A stretch of 64,000 nucleotides of DNA. Source: Octopus bimaculoides. Its lineage: Eukaryota. Position 1 is the first letter of the stretch, and each line of letters begins with the position of its first letter. Below the pieces are notes generated by a model. It made no database searches and had not been told where the DNA came from. It saw only the letters and a program-made list of their open reading frames with translations. This document shows positions 38,451-53,565 of this stretch, in pieces. The DNA lies in contig NC_068985.1 in assembly GCF_001194135.2 (NCBI RefSeq), positions 123,353,125 through 123,417,124 on the forward strand, given 5' to 3'. Both the position numbers and the translations under genes were made by a program.

Positions 38451-38706
38451 ACAATGACACAACCATCACTCTAGAACTTAGTCCGATATGTATGGATGGA
38501 AATAAGTATCAAGCATGTATGTGTGTGTATATGTTTGTGTGCAGTGTGTGTAGTATGTGTGCACACATGTGTACATGCATATGTGCACACACACACTCAC
38601 ACTCACGCACGCACGCACGCACACACACACACACACACACATGCATACATACTTATGTGTGCGTGCGTGTGTGTGTGTGTGTGCATGTGAGCGTGTGTGT
38701 GCGTGT

Positions 38707-38747
<41 letters not shown>

Positions 38748-38919
38748 ATGTGTGTGTATGAGCATAAACACACACAAAGCATTAAAGTATCACAATAAGA
38801 CAGAGGTGCAGTTATGCGTTTTTGTAAAGTAAATTTATTAAGATGCAAAAAATAAAAGACATAAAATCAAATCTAAGCACTGGACATAATCCAAAAATAA
38901 GATTACTAACGTGATAATA

Positions 38920-39128
38920 ATGATTTCAAATTTTAGCATAAGGCCAGTAATTTCAGGAAGGGTACAAATCGATTATATCGACCCCAGTGTTCAACTGCTA
39001 CTTATTTTATCAACCTCCAAAAGGATGAACGGCAAAGTCGACCTCGGTGGCGTTTGAACTCAGAAAGCAGAAACGGACGAAATACCGCTAAACATTTTGT
39101 CCGCCGTACTAACGATTCTGCCAGCTCG
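38920..39128 (-). mobile_element. SINE family 1, with (AAT)n at 39129-39255 beside its head
   Basis: Family core on the reverse strand. Confidence 0.85.
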
Positions 39129-39165
39129 AATAATAATAATAATAATAGTAATAGTAATAATAATG

Positions 39166-39255
<90 letters not shown>

Positions 39256-39590
39256 TAGCGGTGAAAGAATTTGACAATAGAAATTAAAAAAATAGAAATA
39301 AAAAAAATGTGGCACCTCAAGGCGACTACCGTACCAGTGATTGTAGGATCTCTAGGAATGGTAAAAAAAAAGGTACTGAAACCTATTTGAAAATGATACC
39401 AGGCTTACCATCCCTGCAGGAAGTGCAAAATATCGTGTTAACTGGAACGACTTATGTACTGAGAAGAGCATTATCGCTGTGAAAACAACATCCATTCATG
39501 AATTTATCTATTTATTTATTTTTTTTTAAATACATATTTTACCTGTGAATTTGCGTGTGTAAACTGGGAATGCATACAATGAACTTCTTT
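39256..39590 (+). mobile_element. R4/Dong LINE 3' end, 5' truncated, next to (AAT)n
   Basis: KMWHLKATTVPVIVGSLGMV..IPGLPSLQEVQNIVLTGTTYVLRRALSL*. Confidence 0.8.
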
Positions 39591-40059
39591 GNNNNNNNNN
39601 NNNNNNNNNNNNNNNNNNNNNNNNNNNNNNNNNNNNNNNNNNNNNNNNNNNNNNNNNNNNNNNNNNNNNNNNNNNNNNNNNNNNNNNNNNNNNNNNNNNN
39701 NNNNNNNNNNNNNNNNNNNNNNNNNNNNNNNNNNNNNNNNNNNNNNNNNNNNNNNNNNNNNNNNNNNNNNNNNNNNNNNNNNNNNNNNNNNNNNNNNNNN
39801 NNNNNNNNNNNNNNNNNNNNNNNNNNNNNNNNNNNNNNNNNNNNNNNNNNNNNNNNNNNNNNNNNNNNNNNNNNNNNNNNNNNNNNNNNNNNNNNNNNNN
39901 NNNNNNNNNNNNNNNNNNNNNNNNNNNNNNNNNNNNNNNNNNNNNNNNNNNNNNNNNNNNNNNNNNNNNNNNNNNNNNNNNNNNNNNNNNNNNGAAGAAG
40001 AAGAAGAAGAAGAAGAAGAAGAAGAAGAAGAAGAAGAAGAAGAAGAAGAAGAAGAAGAA

Positions 40060-40720
40060 ATTTTTATCGGTTCTAAACAGTTAAACACAGAAGTGTTTGT
40101 GTACCCAGATACACAGAAATAATGAAGAAACAAGAAAATTTTAACAATGAAAAATTCCTCAGCTGGTGCGAGGCATTCCACAAATTCCACAAAAATACGG
40201 TCACCCTGATCTTTTAGGCATGCACCTTCCCCGTTCAGTCCTCATCCTATTTAAAAAGGCCGGCATAGATCAGGTCTGGTCATTGGTACCATGTTCTCCA
40301 CGGCCATCTACTTTTCAATGAATTTTCTGGAAGGCAACAGTTCCCTCTCCATCCTCAGTTTTCTTTACGCGTAACACCTGGAAAGGTTGATGAGAGCTTG
40401 TCCAAAGAGGTAAGTACTTCTCTTCAACTCTTTCAGTCTTGTCCACTTTACAACTTCTTTCGGTATGGCTATTAAACATATAAAACTGCCCACCTTTCCC
40501 TCAGTGCATGTCTGGGCATCAACAATGTCTAGATCTCCATGCAGTGGTATTCACAACAAATAGAACACCTGACCAGTTAAATGCGTCCCATACACAAAAT
40601 GCAGAAATGCAGGTGTTCAAGTCCGGTGAGACGTGAACTAGGGCAGGCCACAACGGTCAGGCGGAATATATGACGGAGGCGACATGAGCATTCTGGATGT
40701 CTGGAAGAGATTGAAAATGC
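40060..40720 (-). mobile_element. Tx1/L1-like LINE 3' end with (TTC)n tail
   Basis: FICLIAIPKEVVKWTRLK..FGQALINL..RKLRMERELL resembles a Tx1 ORF2 C-terminus. Confidence 0.6.
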
Positions 40721-41011
40721 AGTGCTTTTTTATGTTTATCCCTACTCCCAAGAGTTTCAATATTCAAGAACTCTATATCTGATTTCCAGTCTCGTATTTC
40801 TGGAATCTAACACCAGAACATTCTATTTGTATACCTTTTCCTCTACTTTCTTTATAAACAATGTTGGTCGCGGGGGATACATATATATATATCAATTAGG
40901 GTATTCATAATATTTATTTTAGTCTTTATTTGGTATGTCTAGTCCGTTCGATTTTGTTTTCATCTTTTGCAATTTGTTGATACCTCAGAGGATTTCCTCC
41001 ATCCTTAATGA

Positions 41012-41086
<75 letters not shown>

Positions 41087-42495
41087 CTCACAAACACACA
41101 CATACACATAGCAAAAATAGTAAATGGATGTTCCGTCGGTTTTGATGATTATCATTTCGGTTGTTAGATCAACTGAACGACCTATCCTTGTAATACTCAA
41201 GTATATAATCAGTGAAACACTGACTCTTTCATTATATGTACAGTCCATCCGACGGACCTGCAAATAATTTCCTTGGGTTCAACTTTAGGAATAAAATTTG
41301 GATCGACCTCTAAGGTTAAGGCTGTGCTAATAAAGCAAGATAAAAAGAAAATGTTGTCATAACACCAGATATCATACAGTGGGATCGGACAGGGGCTTCA
41401 TGAGTGCAGACCAAATTACTTCACTTCTCGATCATATCACCTCCCCTCAACAAACATACACAACGCATCATATACCACAACACACATTCATTTTTTTCTC
41501 GTTCTTTCGCTTTACTCCCCCTTTAGGGTATGCTCGTTCCACTTATTTAAGGAGTAAATCTGGTTGTAGATGCAGATATTCTAATGTATATCAGCATCCA
41601 CCCTCTCTGTTAAACTTCTGTAAACACTGATGTAACCCACAAATGAGCCATAAAATACACTTGACTTCATCTGGAGAGATGAAGTAAAATATATTTTGGC
41701 ATCGTAGTTATCACACTAGTTTCTATATTATTTTGAGATTCGAACTTCTGACCCTGATATCTATTATTATTCTGGAGTCGATATAATTGATTATTATCCT
41801 TTGCCTAATTCCCTTATCGTGTGCCAATGCTAAAAAAACATCATAGCTGTAATTAATAAAGAGTGGATTGGCAGAATCGTTAGCAACGTCGGACAAACTA
41901 ATCGTGGTATTTGTTCCGGCAGTTTAGGTTCTGCATTCGTATCCCACTGAAGTTAATACTGTTTGTCATTCCTCTTAGGTTGGTAGGAAGCCTGCCAGTT
42001 AACTACACGAGACCCATTTAAACAACTAACGCCCGGCCCAAATTACTGACCTTATACCTAAGTTAGAAATTAACATAGAGCGATGAAGAGGCAAAATAGT
42101 AAAGGGATTGGATAAAAATGACTAGCGGTATTTCTTTCTACACTTTTCTTTCTGAGTTCAAATTCCAGAAATCAACTTTGCCTTCCATTCTTTCAGGTTT
42201 GATAATTTAATGCACAAGTTGGTATATATCTTTTGCCGATGCATATCGGCGAAGGATATGAAGAAATCGAAAAAATGGTGCTTTACGAGTAAAGCTATGT
42301 GCTCTGCATCGAGTTACACACACTCCCTTGTCTAAGCTTGCGGTTGATAGTGGACACTTGCTATTGATGACCTGCAAAGACCCATAAATCTAGATTTTCC
42401 AATTTCATCGCTGCTACTGGACACTTTTCGTCTGCTACTAATATTTTTCTTTGCTATTTAGCATTATACGTCTATACGAGAAACTCTCTCTAGAG

Positions 42496-43257
<762 letters not shown>

Positions 43258-43363
43258 CTCTAGACGAATAGTGCAGTATTTTGGCTTTCGACAGAATATG
43301 CTTGTTAAATAAGATTTTCAAAATGATATTCTGAACCACTTCTGCTTCCATCACTCGTAATGA

Positions 43364-43400
<37 letters not shown>

Positions 43401-43430
43401 TATATATACATATATATATACACACGCACG

Positions 43431-43519
<89 letters not shown>

Positions 43520-44929
43520 AACTGTTTGTAGACGTGATGATAAATAAATATAGGAACGAAACTAAATAATGCTAAGGCGTAAATTCAACACCGTTACATT
43601 TCTTCTGAGAATTCCACACTATCACCACCATCGTCGTGTTTATGGCTATAAGATAAATGATTATACACAGACACATTTGATGCATTTGCACATACATACG
43701 TTTATGCACACGTTACTGTCCAGTTCAGCTTCGTAGAAACCTTTAAAATACAATTCAAGAAAAACATTGTTTGTTTCTCAAAATTACTAATGCTTGAAAA
43801 GACATTGATAAAAGATCGCAAGAAACCTGCAGCGCAGCGCTGATGGTAAATGACGTTATAAGGAGAAAATAACTGCGACCTAGTGAAGCAATAAACACTA
43901 CGAACAGCTCAACACCTGTTCGTATTCCACAACTGTTATTTCCAAGTAGTAACTTGGACGTAAAAGTAAAGGGAAATAAGTATTTGTAATACACCGTATT
44001 TCAAAATACCAAAACGTCTGGAGCTTCTACTTGGTCATATGGTCTGCAAAAATAGTAGCCAAGCCTCCCTTTAAAATCTGCCTGTTCTATGCATCATATA
44101 TGATAGATATTCCCCTTTTTTTTTTATCTAGCAGAGTAACTTGGTACTTATGAAAAGAAAGGTTTTTATCTCTCAGAATATTTAAAACAAGGGCTAATTA
44201 AAAGTTTGAAAATGTTTTGGACAGGCAAAGCAATAAGAGGTGAGAAAACGTAAGATAATATAGTCATAATCATAAGTAGGAATAGTCACGTCTAGAATGT
44301 CTCCGATTACACTGTGCAACAATTTTTTAATTTTTAATTTTATTTCATTTATTTATTTTTGTTTTTGGTTAGTAAATGTTATTTCCTGCTTGCTTCTATC
44401 TAGAAATCAAAGGAAATGACTATTATTCCCTTCAAACTTTGCTTTCGTAACCTGGACATCAATGTTTTCAAACTGACCTATTTTCCATTACATTTCAGAC
44501 AGATTCAGCACTGAGTTGCTGAAGCAGGAATATCGTTATAGCAAATATTCTGCTCAATACCACAGATTTACTTGTCAGTTGCTGGACCTTAACCACTTGA
44601 GCATATCGCTTAGTGGCTGACAATATGTGCACCTCTGATTATGAGCAGGAGTAGTGGGGGTACATCATATCCATGTATTGATAGGGATTCTTCGGGGTTT
44701 GTATAAATGTAACAAAAGTAAAGTTTGAAGAAAATATTAGCCATTTTTCACACTTTCTAGGTGTAAGCAAATAGGAAATAACAGTTGCTACCCAAGGACA
44801 AAAATCGTGAGACAGCGTTATATGTCAGCTCAGTCGGAGCTGATCAGAGTTTGAACAACAACCAGGATGTTTGATGCGCCTAAAATCTTAGTGAAGATTA
44901 TCACCTGTTCTACTCACCTGTAATGAGTA

Positions 44930-45030
44930 CTAACCAGATGTTGTTGCGGCATTATCTCCCCCACACCTGTCAGACCATAAATGTTCTATTACGTCAAGAT
45001 TAGGAGGGCCGATAGAATGTCCATGTCTGC
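44930..45030 (-). mobile_element. Small Tc1 transposase remnant
   Basis: GPPNLDVIEHLWS resembles the SPDLNPIEHLW motif. Confidence 0.4.
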
Positions 45031-45237
45031 TCGCAACTACATGGACACCTAATAAAATTAATGAATGTATTGTACACACTACAAAACTACCACTCGTTCG
45101 AAGTTTTGTCAGTGAACAAGTCGCGGTTTCAAAGCGACGAAAATATTTTGACACAAATTAAATTTAAATGTTGAAGTGAATCTAATGGTTTTTTTGTGTG
45201 TTATTAAATGGCTTATAACCAACTGTCACGCTGCAAA

Positions 45238-45275
<38 letters not shown>

Positions 45276-45412
45276 AAATACAAAATGGGACAAGAACGCA
45301 AAACATCCGGACAGTTAGGCGATACAAAAATCGGACAGCAAAACATCCAGTTAGACGATACAAATAAAACAAGGACGGGTCATTCGAAGTTTTCTTTCTT
45401 CAGTCGAGTATC

Positions 45413-45459
<47 letters not shown>

Positions 45460-46744
45460 AATGTAACACAGGATCGAATCCAGGACCACGTAGTGACGAA
45501 GCGAACTGCTTAACTTTTTGAGTTCGCCTGCATAAATATAGGTGATTATTGAAGTGTATTGTTTGTGTCCGATCAAAATCGTTGGATATGCTTTTTACCT
45601 TTTTATATATGCATACGTATACGCACGCACGTGTGTGAGTGCGAGTGTGTATACAGGTATATGCGCATGAACGTGCTTATATAAAATGCTCTAAGTGTGA
45701 GTGTGAATGTGTATCTGTATGTCTTTGTGTGTATGATTGCGTACTATGTTTCTTTGTTGCGTGTGTGAGACAATATCCATTTGCCCCGTGTTCATCTTTC
45801 AGTCATGTAATATCTATAAAATGTGTGCATGCGAGGATGTCAATAAGTGTACGTGTGCGCGTGTGCATGAGTGCATGCGTGTGTGCGTATGTGCGTGTGT
45901 GTCAGTGTGCGTGTGTGTGTCGGTGCGTGCGTGGGTGTATGTGTGTATGCGCGCGCGTGCACACGCATGTGCATGGAGTATCTCTGCGTGTATGACTATG
46001 TGATTCTGCGCGTTTATTTTGCTACTGGTGATTTAAGTTGAAAATATCACGTCTTTGCCATTCTGTCTTTTAATCATTCCAAATGCCAACTACCTTCTGG
46101 GACAGACACCAGTTTCTCCACTCGTTTTTTTTTTTTCCATCTCAAAATGTTCATTTTTATATTATATATTATTTTCATATATTAATTATATTTTCTTAAT
46201 GCTTTCGATTCACACTGCATTAGAGCTCTTAGTAAACTATTACAATATTCGTTATAGTATCTTTGGGGACAGGACAATGCGTACACATGCAAACTCATAT
46301 ACATATATTCATGTGTGTGCGTGTGCGTGTGTGTGCGTGTGCGTGTGTGTGTGTATGTGTATGTGCGTGTGTGTATCACCATATGTATGCAGCTATTTGT
46401 GTATGTGTGCGTTCGTGCGCGCGTGTATGTGTGTGTATCACTATATGTATGCAGCTATTTGTGTGTGCATCATGTGTGGGGTTGTGTGTGTGTATGTGTG
46501 TGTGTGCATGTTTGGGGTTGTGTGCGCGCGCGCGTCTGCTGTGTGCACGTGCGCGCATCATCACTCTTAGTGCTACTGATAACATATAACCCAGTACAAA
46601 CTGTTGCTTCGTCGGGCCATTGGTAACTTGAACCGGCAACCCGACCAAACCTGCTTGGTAAGGAGGATGGTTTTCGTTGGACAGCCTGCAAAACGAAACG
46701 CAAGTTGAAGTTGAAGAGAGAAATGAGAAGCAATAGGAGTAGAA

Positions 46745-47100
46745 GAGCTAAGATGTATTCTTAGAAAGTCTCACAAACGGAAAACCCTAGGACTCAACCG
46801 GATCCCTAACTTCTAACTGAATTGCTTGACAGAAGTACACCAAAGTTTTGCCACATCTGTCATCTCGAACCCAGAGCAAATACCTGCCTGGCTAGCCGAC
46901 TGAACAACATGCCTTCTACCAAAATATGAAGACATGAAAAATCCAAAGAACTACCGACCAATTACATGTCTCAACGCCATCTACAAGATCCTCACATCGA
47001 TACTAACTGAAAGAATATACACTTTCCTAGAACAGAACTCTATCCTTCCACAAACTCAAAAAGGTTGTGAAAGGAATTCTTATGGATTCAAAACACAATT

Positions 47101-47107
<7 letters not shown>
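46745..47107 (+). mobile_element. R4/Dong RT fragment ending in (ATT)n
   Basis: IPAWLA..TCLLPK..NPKNYRPITCLNAIYKILTSIL..QKGCERNSYGFKTQLLI. Confidence 0.8.
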
Positions 47108-47158
<51 letters not shown>

Positions 47159-47199
47159 CAAACTATTATTACTCCTGCACCAGCATTGTTCCTGGTAGC

Positions 47200-47620
47200 C
47201 TTTTTCTTTTCACAGGCAACGCTTTTCACAGCCAAAACACAACAGTTATTGAAACAAAGTTCAAAACGTCTTAAAGATTTTTTTCTCAAAAGTAGAAAAG
47301 AAAGTTTTATGAATTGATAGAAAGTAAAGTATATAAAATGCCAATAAGGGATCTACAAACGAAGAAGAAATTCCCAGCATAGCAGTAGTTAATGAATTAA
47401 ATGACGACAGTCTGAAAGCGACACACCAAATATCAATCGAACAGCTTGAGGCAAAAAGGGTCTTGGTCAGGTTCACAATCTCGAGAAATATCTTGAGCAC
47501 ACTGTAAGTTTCCTCGTTGCCTTGATGTTGGAGAAACAAGTTTTAAATGCCCCCAAATGACGATTTGTCCACTCCCTGTTCATTCTAAACAACACGCAGG
47601 AGCACATTTTCCCCTCTGTG
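47200..47620 (-). pseudogene. Possible GPCR TM6-TM7 relic
   Basis: KATRKLTV, PFLPQAVRLIF and LLSINS*NFLFYF*EKNL in shifting frames. Weak. Confidence 0.22.
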
Positions 47621-48699
47621 TAGATCACTGCTATAATGTACACTGGATGTGAATGTAATTGTAATTGAAGACTAGGAAACTAGCCAAATTGTATGGAGCA
47701 AGTCTACAAGAATTTTTAAAGTATCATTTATTGAAAGAAATAATGAAATACGGTACACATTAAATTACTGAAGGCTATACATTAAATATATTGAATTACT
47801 GACGGCTTAAACAGTGTTTTTGGTGATTGCTTTTAGAGACAATTTGAAACATTTAAAACTTGTGCAATACTATGATGAAGAAAGCAGAATTATTTGATAC
47901 GAAATATATTTCGTCTTCTCATTGATAAATAGGGAAAGAAAATTCTTATATTTCAGTATAAGTTGGTTGGGGAGAGAGAGCTTGACAACTTTGTTGGCAC
48001 ATTCCTTATCGCAGTTAGGAGAATGACCATATTTAGAAAATCGGCGAGGAAGGGGAGATTTAAAAAAGTGGAATTTCGCATAGATAATTTTTCAGAGTTT
48101 TAATTATTATCTATAGCATGTCGTCTTTTAAAATAACAGAGATATGATGTTATAAAACATTATAACATCATACGTTATAAAACATTATAACATATAAAAC
48201 ATTATAAGACGTTATAAAACATTATTCTCTTCGCAGTTTGACCATTTGGTCTGTGAAGTGACGTTGTTCAGGCAGTAATAGCTAGTTTTGAAATTGTTGC
48301 TATTGAATACTGTGTGAAATTTGTGTGTGGCTGCGAAGTATTTATCTAATAACGACAGGAATGTTTTAGTTAGGTTATTTTAATGCTATTTATTTGGAAT
48401 GAACCAAATTATATTCCTTTTCTGTTTTTTGAATGAGCACTCCTGGTAAACTATTTTCCTATTAAAGCTGCTTTCAGATGCAGCAGAATTGTTGTCCGTA
48501 AGCAAGCAAGATTATTTCCTTATCCCTAGAGGTTTCGTATAATAGAGTCTTACTGCCAACCTCGCTGTGTGTGTGGGGGGGGGGCAGATTTCAAGTGTGA
48601 GGTACTCTTTTTGTAAACATAAAATTTAACCCTTTAAAATTTAACATATATACATCTTAGCCACTGTGATACCATGATTTGGTGTCCACAGCAACACAT

Positions 48700-49435
48700 T
48701 ACTCACAAGTTCTTTTTTTATTTTAAAGAACTACTCTAAAGAACTGTCTCTTCAGTTTATCTGGTAGGGTTGACTTCCATATTGTTCTAAGACCGTCTAT
48801 AGCTGCCCAAGCCTTAGCAACGCGAGATTTAATATCATTTTCAGTGGACACGATATTGATGCCTAGGTAAGTAAATTCGTTGACATTTTTCAAGGACTTC
48901 TGTTTGAATGTCCTGATTTCACCTGTTGTGTTCAGGATGATAAGCTCTGTCTTTTTTTCATTCACATACAGTCTTATGTTAGTAGCAGCATTTTCCAGGC
49001 GATGGAGTAAACGTTCAGCATCTTTCGTGTTGTCTGCGAAGAGTGCTATGTCATCAGCATAATCGGCGTCAGTCAAGTAGGTGGCCAGATATCTTCTGCT
49101 TCTAGACTTCTGTAAAGTGAAACCCAGATCATTTTGTTGATCTACTGAGGTACGCAATACATAATCGAGATACAGGATGAACATGTAAAGAGCTAATGTG
49201 TCACACTGCAGTACTCCGACACATACATCGAAGAAGTGAGTATCTCCATCTGGTGGCAGCACTATCGCTCGGGTGTTTTCTACAGCATCATTACTGCCTT
49301 TATTGTTTCATCGGGGATTCCATGTGCTTAAAGGATTTCTGCCATCTTATCTGTGTACAGAGTCAAAAGGCCTTGGAGAAATCAACAAAGAGAAGAACTG
49401 ATTATTACATCAAGTTACTTTCTGAAAGCCAACCA
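48700..49435 (-). mobile_element. RTEX-like LINE RT fragment
   Basis: FVDFSKAFDSVH, PDGDTHFFDVCVGVLQCDTLA and DADYADDIALF. Confidence 0.85.
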
Positions 49436-49618
49436 ATAATCCTTTCTACTACAGGCACACAGACTGAAAATTTGATAGGAGCGGGGCTAGTCAATTGCAT
49501 CGACTCCAGTGGTCACCTGGAAGAAAGGAAAAGTCGGCCTCGAAAGAATTTGAACTCAAAACGCAAAGAAGGACAAAAGTATTTTGTTCGGCGTTTTAAC
49601 GATTCTGACAGCTCGTGG
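49436..49618 (-). mobile_element. SINE family 1, diverged
   Basis: Family head and tail on the reverse strand. Confidence 0.7.
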
Positions 49619-50489
49619 CCTTCATCAGAACAATAACTGTTGTTGTTGTTGTTGTTTAGCCCATCTCAGCACTCGTTGAGAAGAACTACGAACAAAGATA
49701 TTACGTTTTATTCTCGTTGTCATCACAATATAATTCAATAATGGTGTAAAGCAATGACATCATAAGCCATGTACACACTGGGTAATTACTAGGTGGTGGT
49801 TGGTGTGGCGGAGTGGGGGCACAGATCAGGGAATCCAAAGCTAATCTATCAATGCTTTGGTTGTGTATGTAGGGACAACATTGCTTTGTTCGAGATGTTA
49901 CGACGGCTTCGGATGTAAACCCTTGACAGTCAGAGACTAGAATAAGAAGAGACCACCCCGTATATATTAGCGTATATTTTAGAGTTGTTTTCTAACCGAA
50001 ACATCTCAATGGAAATAGAGCTAATTATTAAATGACTGTGATAACGTGTGGCTATTATGATAAATGTGATTGGGGAATTAAGTGACAGACAAACAATTTG
50101 GTTGATTAGCAACGAAGCCATGATAAAGATGACGTGAACATTATCATATATATAAGTACATGCCTTCCTTTCACTAGCTATGACACGTGGTTTACATACA
50201 CACACACATACATATACACGTACAACAATACACATACGCAAACATACACATACACACACAAGAAATATGTGTACGTGTTTGTATGTCTGTGTGAGTTTGC
50301 AAGGTTGAATATTTAATAGCATAAGTCCGTGTGAGCGTTTGTGTGTGCGTGTATGTGTGTGTAATATGTATGTGTATGTATGTGTGTATGTGTACGTATA
50401 TATATTTGCATGCAAATGTATGTGTATATATATATACTATGTTAACAGTATTTATACATATATGCATACATATGTGTGTACTATATATA

Positions 50490-50660
50490 TATATAGTTGA
50501 AATTTATAGAAAAACAAAAGACGAAAACAGGTGTATGAACAACAAGCAAGTGTATTAGTTTGACGCTCGGGAAAAATGAAAAAGCCTTTACGTTTCGAGC
50601 CTACGCTCTTGAACAGAAAGGAATAAGAGAAGGTAAACAGAGAGAATGAAAAGCACTTCT
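50490..50660 (-). mobile_element. Solo Penelope-like terminal segment homologous to 4190-4350
   Basis: Shares gagcgtaggctcgaaacgt and gagcgt.aaactaatac. The hammerhead-like motif at 50584-50621 is further decayed. Confidence 0.75.
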
Positions 50661-50677
50661 AGATTTCAGCAGTTCAG

Positions 50678-50773
<96 letters not shown>

Positions 50774-50789
50774 ATGTATGTATGTTGCT

Positions 50790-51116
50790 GAGATCCCCCT
50801 TCGGTCATGACTGACCATAGGATTGCACCTACAAAGGCACAAGTCCGGGCAAGGTTGTTTCTATGGAAGACCAGCAGTCGCCCATGCATACCAGCCTCCC
50901 TTCTCCACGTTACTGATGTTATCCAAGGGAAAGGTAAAGGCTGATACAGTTTGGCACCAGTGACGTCGCAACTCATTTCTACAGCTGAGTGAACTGGAGC
51001 AATGTGAAATAAAGTGTCTTGCTCAAGAAAACAACACGCAGCCCGGTCCGGGATTCGAACTCACAACCTCACGATCGTAAGCTCGACGCTCTAACCACTG
51101 AGCCATGCGCCTTCAC
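50790..51116 (-). mobile_element. SINE family 4 (tRNA-Arg-like head)
   Basis: TGGCTCAGTGG A-box, GAGTTCGAATCC B-box, CTTACGA loop, then ttgagcaagacacttt core. Confidence 0.8.
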
Positions 51117-51127
51117 GTATGTATAAT

Positions 51128-51470
51128 AGGCAAGTGTCTTCTACTATTCTACTACAGTCTCGGGCCGACCAAGGCCTTGTGATTGGATTTGGTACGCGGA
51201 AACTGAAAGAAGCCCGTCGTATATATATCTGTGTGTGTATGTGTGTGTGTATGTGCATGTGTTTGTTTATTTGTTTGTGTTTGTCCTCCCACCATCACTT
51301 GACAACCGATGCTAGTGTGCTTACTTCCCCGTTATATAGCGGTTCGGCAAAAGCGACCGATAGTATAAGTACTAGGCTTACAAAGAATAAATCTTGGGGT
51401 CGATTTGTTCGACTAAATGCGATGCTCCAGCATGGACGCAGTCAGATAACTGAAACAAGTAATAGAATAA
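51128..51470 (+). mobile_element. SINE family 2, lacking its head
   Basis: Body and tail match the family. Confidence 0.8.
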
Positions 51471-51881
51471 GAAGAAAAACAATATATATACATATATATA
51501 TATGTAATATAATATGTGACAATTATTCAGTTGCCATAATAAAACTTGAGTTTCGGGTGTCGGGGCGAAACCTGCACCGGCATCTCTTCAGTTATCGAGG
51601 CAATTAAAATATGCTATGAAAATGACCATTAAACAAAGGGAAATTATTATGAAATTGACCATAATTAAGACAAAAGAGCTATTAGAATGACCGTTAAATA
51701 AGGGGAAAAATTGAAGGCGAGGAAGTAAACAGTAAAAGGAGTAAAAATGTACATACATATAGATGCGCGCATGCACGCACACCCACGTACATGTGCCTAT
51801 ATGCATATGTTCACTCAGACTCGCATGAAACAGATATATACGCACCAACCAGGTATGCACACGTATACAAATCCACGCACA

Positions 51882-51914
<33 letters not shown>

Positions 51915-52739
51915 ATACGTGCACATACCCATGTGCGCACAGTTATATTCACAAATACACGTCTAAAAATACGCACGTGCTATATGCTCGTTCACACTCG
52001 CGTGGAACACATGCTTGTACACCCACACATACATGCAACCATACGCATGTACATATACACTACATATATACACACACGCACACACAGACGCACGATGCAC
52101 ACATGTATATCCAGACACACGCGCGTACACACACACACATACACACACGTGCACGTACCCATACGCGCACAGTTATATTCAAATGCACGTCTAAAATACA
52201 TACATGCTATATATGCACATGCTCACTTATACTCGCGTAGTACACTCGCATGTACACCCACGTATATTAGTAACCATACACACGTACATATATACATACC
52301 CGCACACACGCACACACACACACACACACACACGCACAAAAAATTCATATACACGTCTATATACGCACATATACAAGAAAAATGCAGGGTGGAAGGTAAA
52401 ATACAGGAAAAATGTGTAAAAATATATAAAGTAATAAAAATATAAAATATATCTCTATAAATATGTAAAAAAAAATATGTAAGAAATATATAAGAAATAT
52501 ATATAAAAGATATAGAAAGATAAAAAGCTTGTGCGTGGACAATATAAAAAGGAAGTTCTATCTGTGATCTTGGGGGACCAAAAACATAACAAATATTTAG
52601 CTAAATGTGGACATGACCCAAAAAGTTTAGTTCTTAAATTTAGACATGTAGCGGGTCTAAGTTACTTTTCCAAATGAGCCATCTTTCCATATCACAAAGA
52701 CCGCACTTTCCACTGCCGTTGGTGTAAGGCTTACACTTG

Positions 52740-53565
52740 GCTTAGATCTTCCAATGGATATTGTAACTGACACCTCTTTCTTTTAAGGAGCATATGTGAC
52801 TGGATAATTTGGTCGTTTACCTTTTATCCCTGAAGCTCAAGGTGTGATTGTTGAACCTGGTCTTGAAATGCCCCTCTGTAAGGCCCACATATTTCTTTGT
52901 CAAAACTGTGCCCTTAGTAGTCTCGGACATGCAAGCTCCATTTAGAGGGCACAAATTTTTATCCCTGCATGAACAGCTGGTTTCATTTTGTGGTTTTTGT
53001 GTGTTGTGTGCGATTATGGTTTTAAAATTAGTAGTTGAGATGAAACTGATTTTTAAGTTATGTCTATTGAAGAGTTTTCTGTAACTATGGTTGACTGGAA
53101 AATGTCTATCTATCAGTGCTAAGAAACATTTGCCTATATTAAAGGTCACTTCGGGGGAGTAGGGGTGTGTGAACCAGACGGTTTTCCTATTCCTATGCTT
53201 CCTTTTCTTCATTATTGGACTGGTGACAGGTGTATAGGTTATTTCTTCGCTAAAACCACTATCTTTTAGAGCCTTATTATTTACTGGGGTAACGCTATTA
53301 AAAATGTCCATATCGGAGGAGAGTCTAGAAATTATTTTGCTAATGTTTCTAACTAAATTTTTAAACACAAGGGGTAGGGGCATGGCAGGAACTCACATTA
53401 ATATAACTAAGTCTATCGTTGGGCTTCCTGTAAGGTTTATAAATATTCTTATTTAGATCTAAGGATACACCTAGGAAATTGACAACCGTCAGGTTGGTGT
53501 CTGTAGTTATACTAAGACCGAAAGTTTTCATCAGTTGGATAATTTCCTTCCTAAACCGATCTTGT
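52740..53565 (-). mobile_element. Penelope-like RT/GIY-YIG fragment
   Basis: RKTVWFTHPYS, CSCRDKNLCPLNGAC and KYVGLTEGHFKTRFNNH. Confidence 0.85.

Noticed and set aside
45370-45410. Hammerhead-like CUGAAGA...GAAU..GUC on the minus strand
   Set aside because: GAAA is mutated and stem I does not pair. Relic at best.
46585-46700. HDV-like ribozyme ahead of the Dong RT fragment
   Set aside because: Short helices exist (GUCGGG/CCCGAC) but the nested double pseudoknot could not be built by eye.
48140-48225. Short repeats (gttataaaacattataa) as a CRISPR-like array
   Set aside because: Imperfect AT-rich tandem duplication without unique spacers, in a eukaryotic context.
51040-51116. tRNA-Arg-like sequence as a real tRNA gene
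   Set aside because: There is no closing acceptor stem and it continues into a SINE body.
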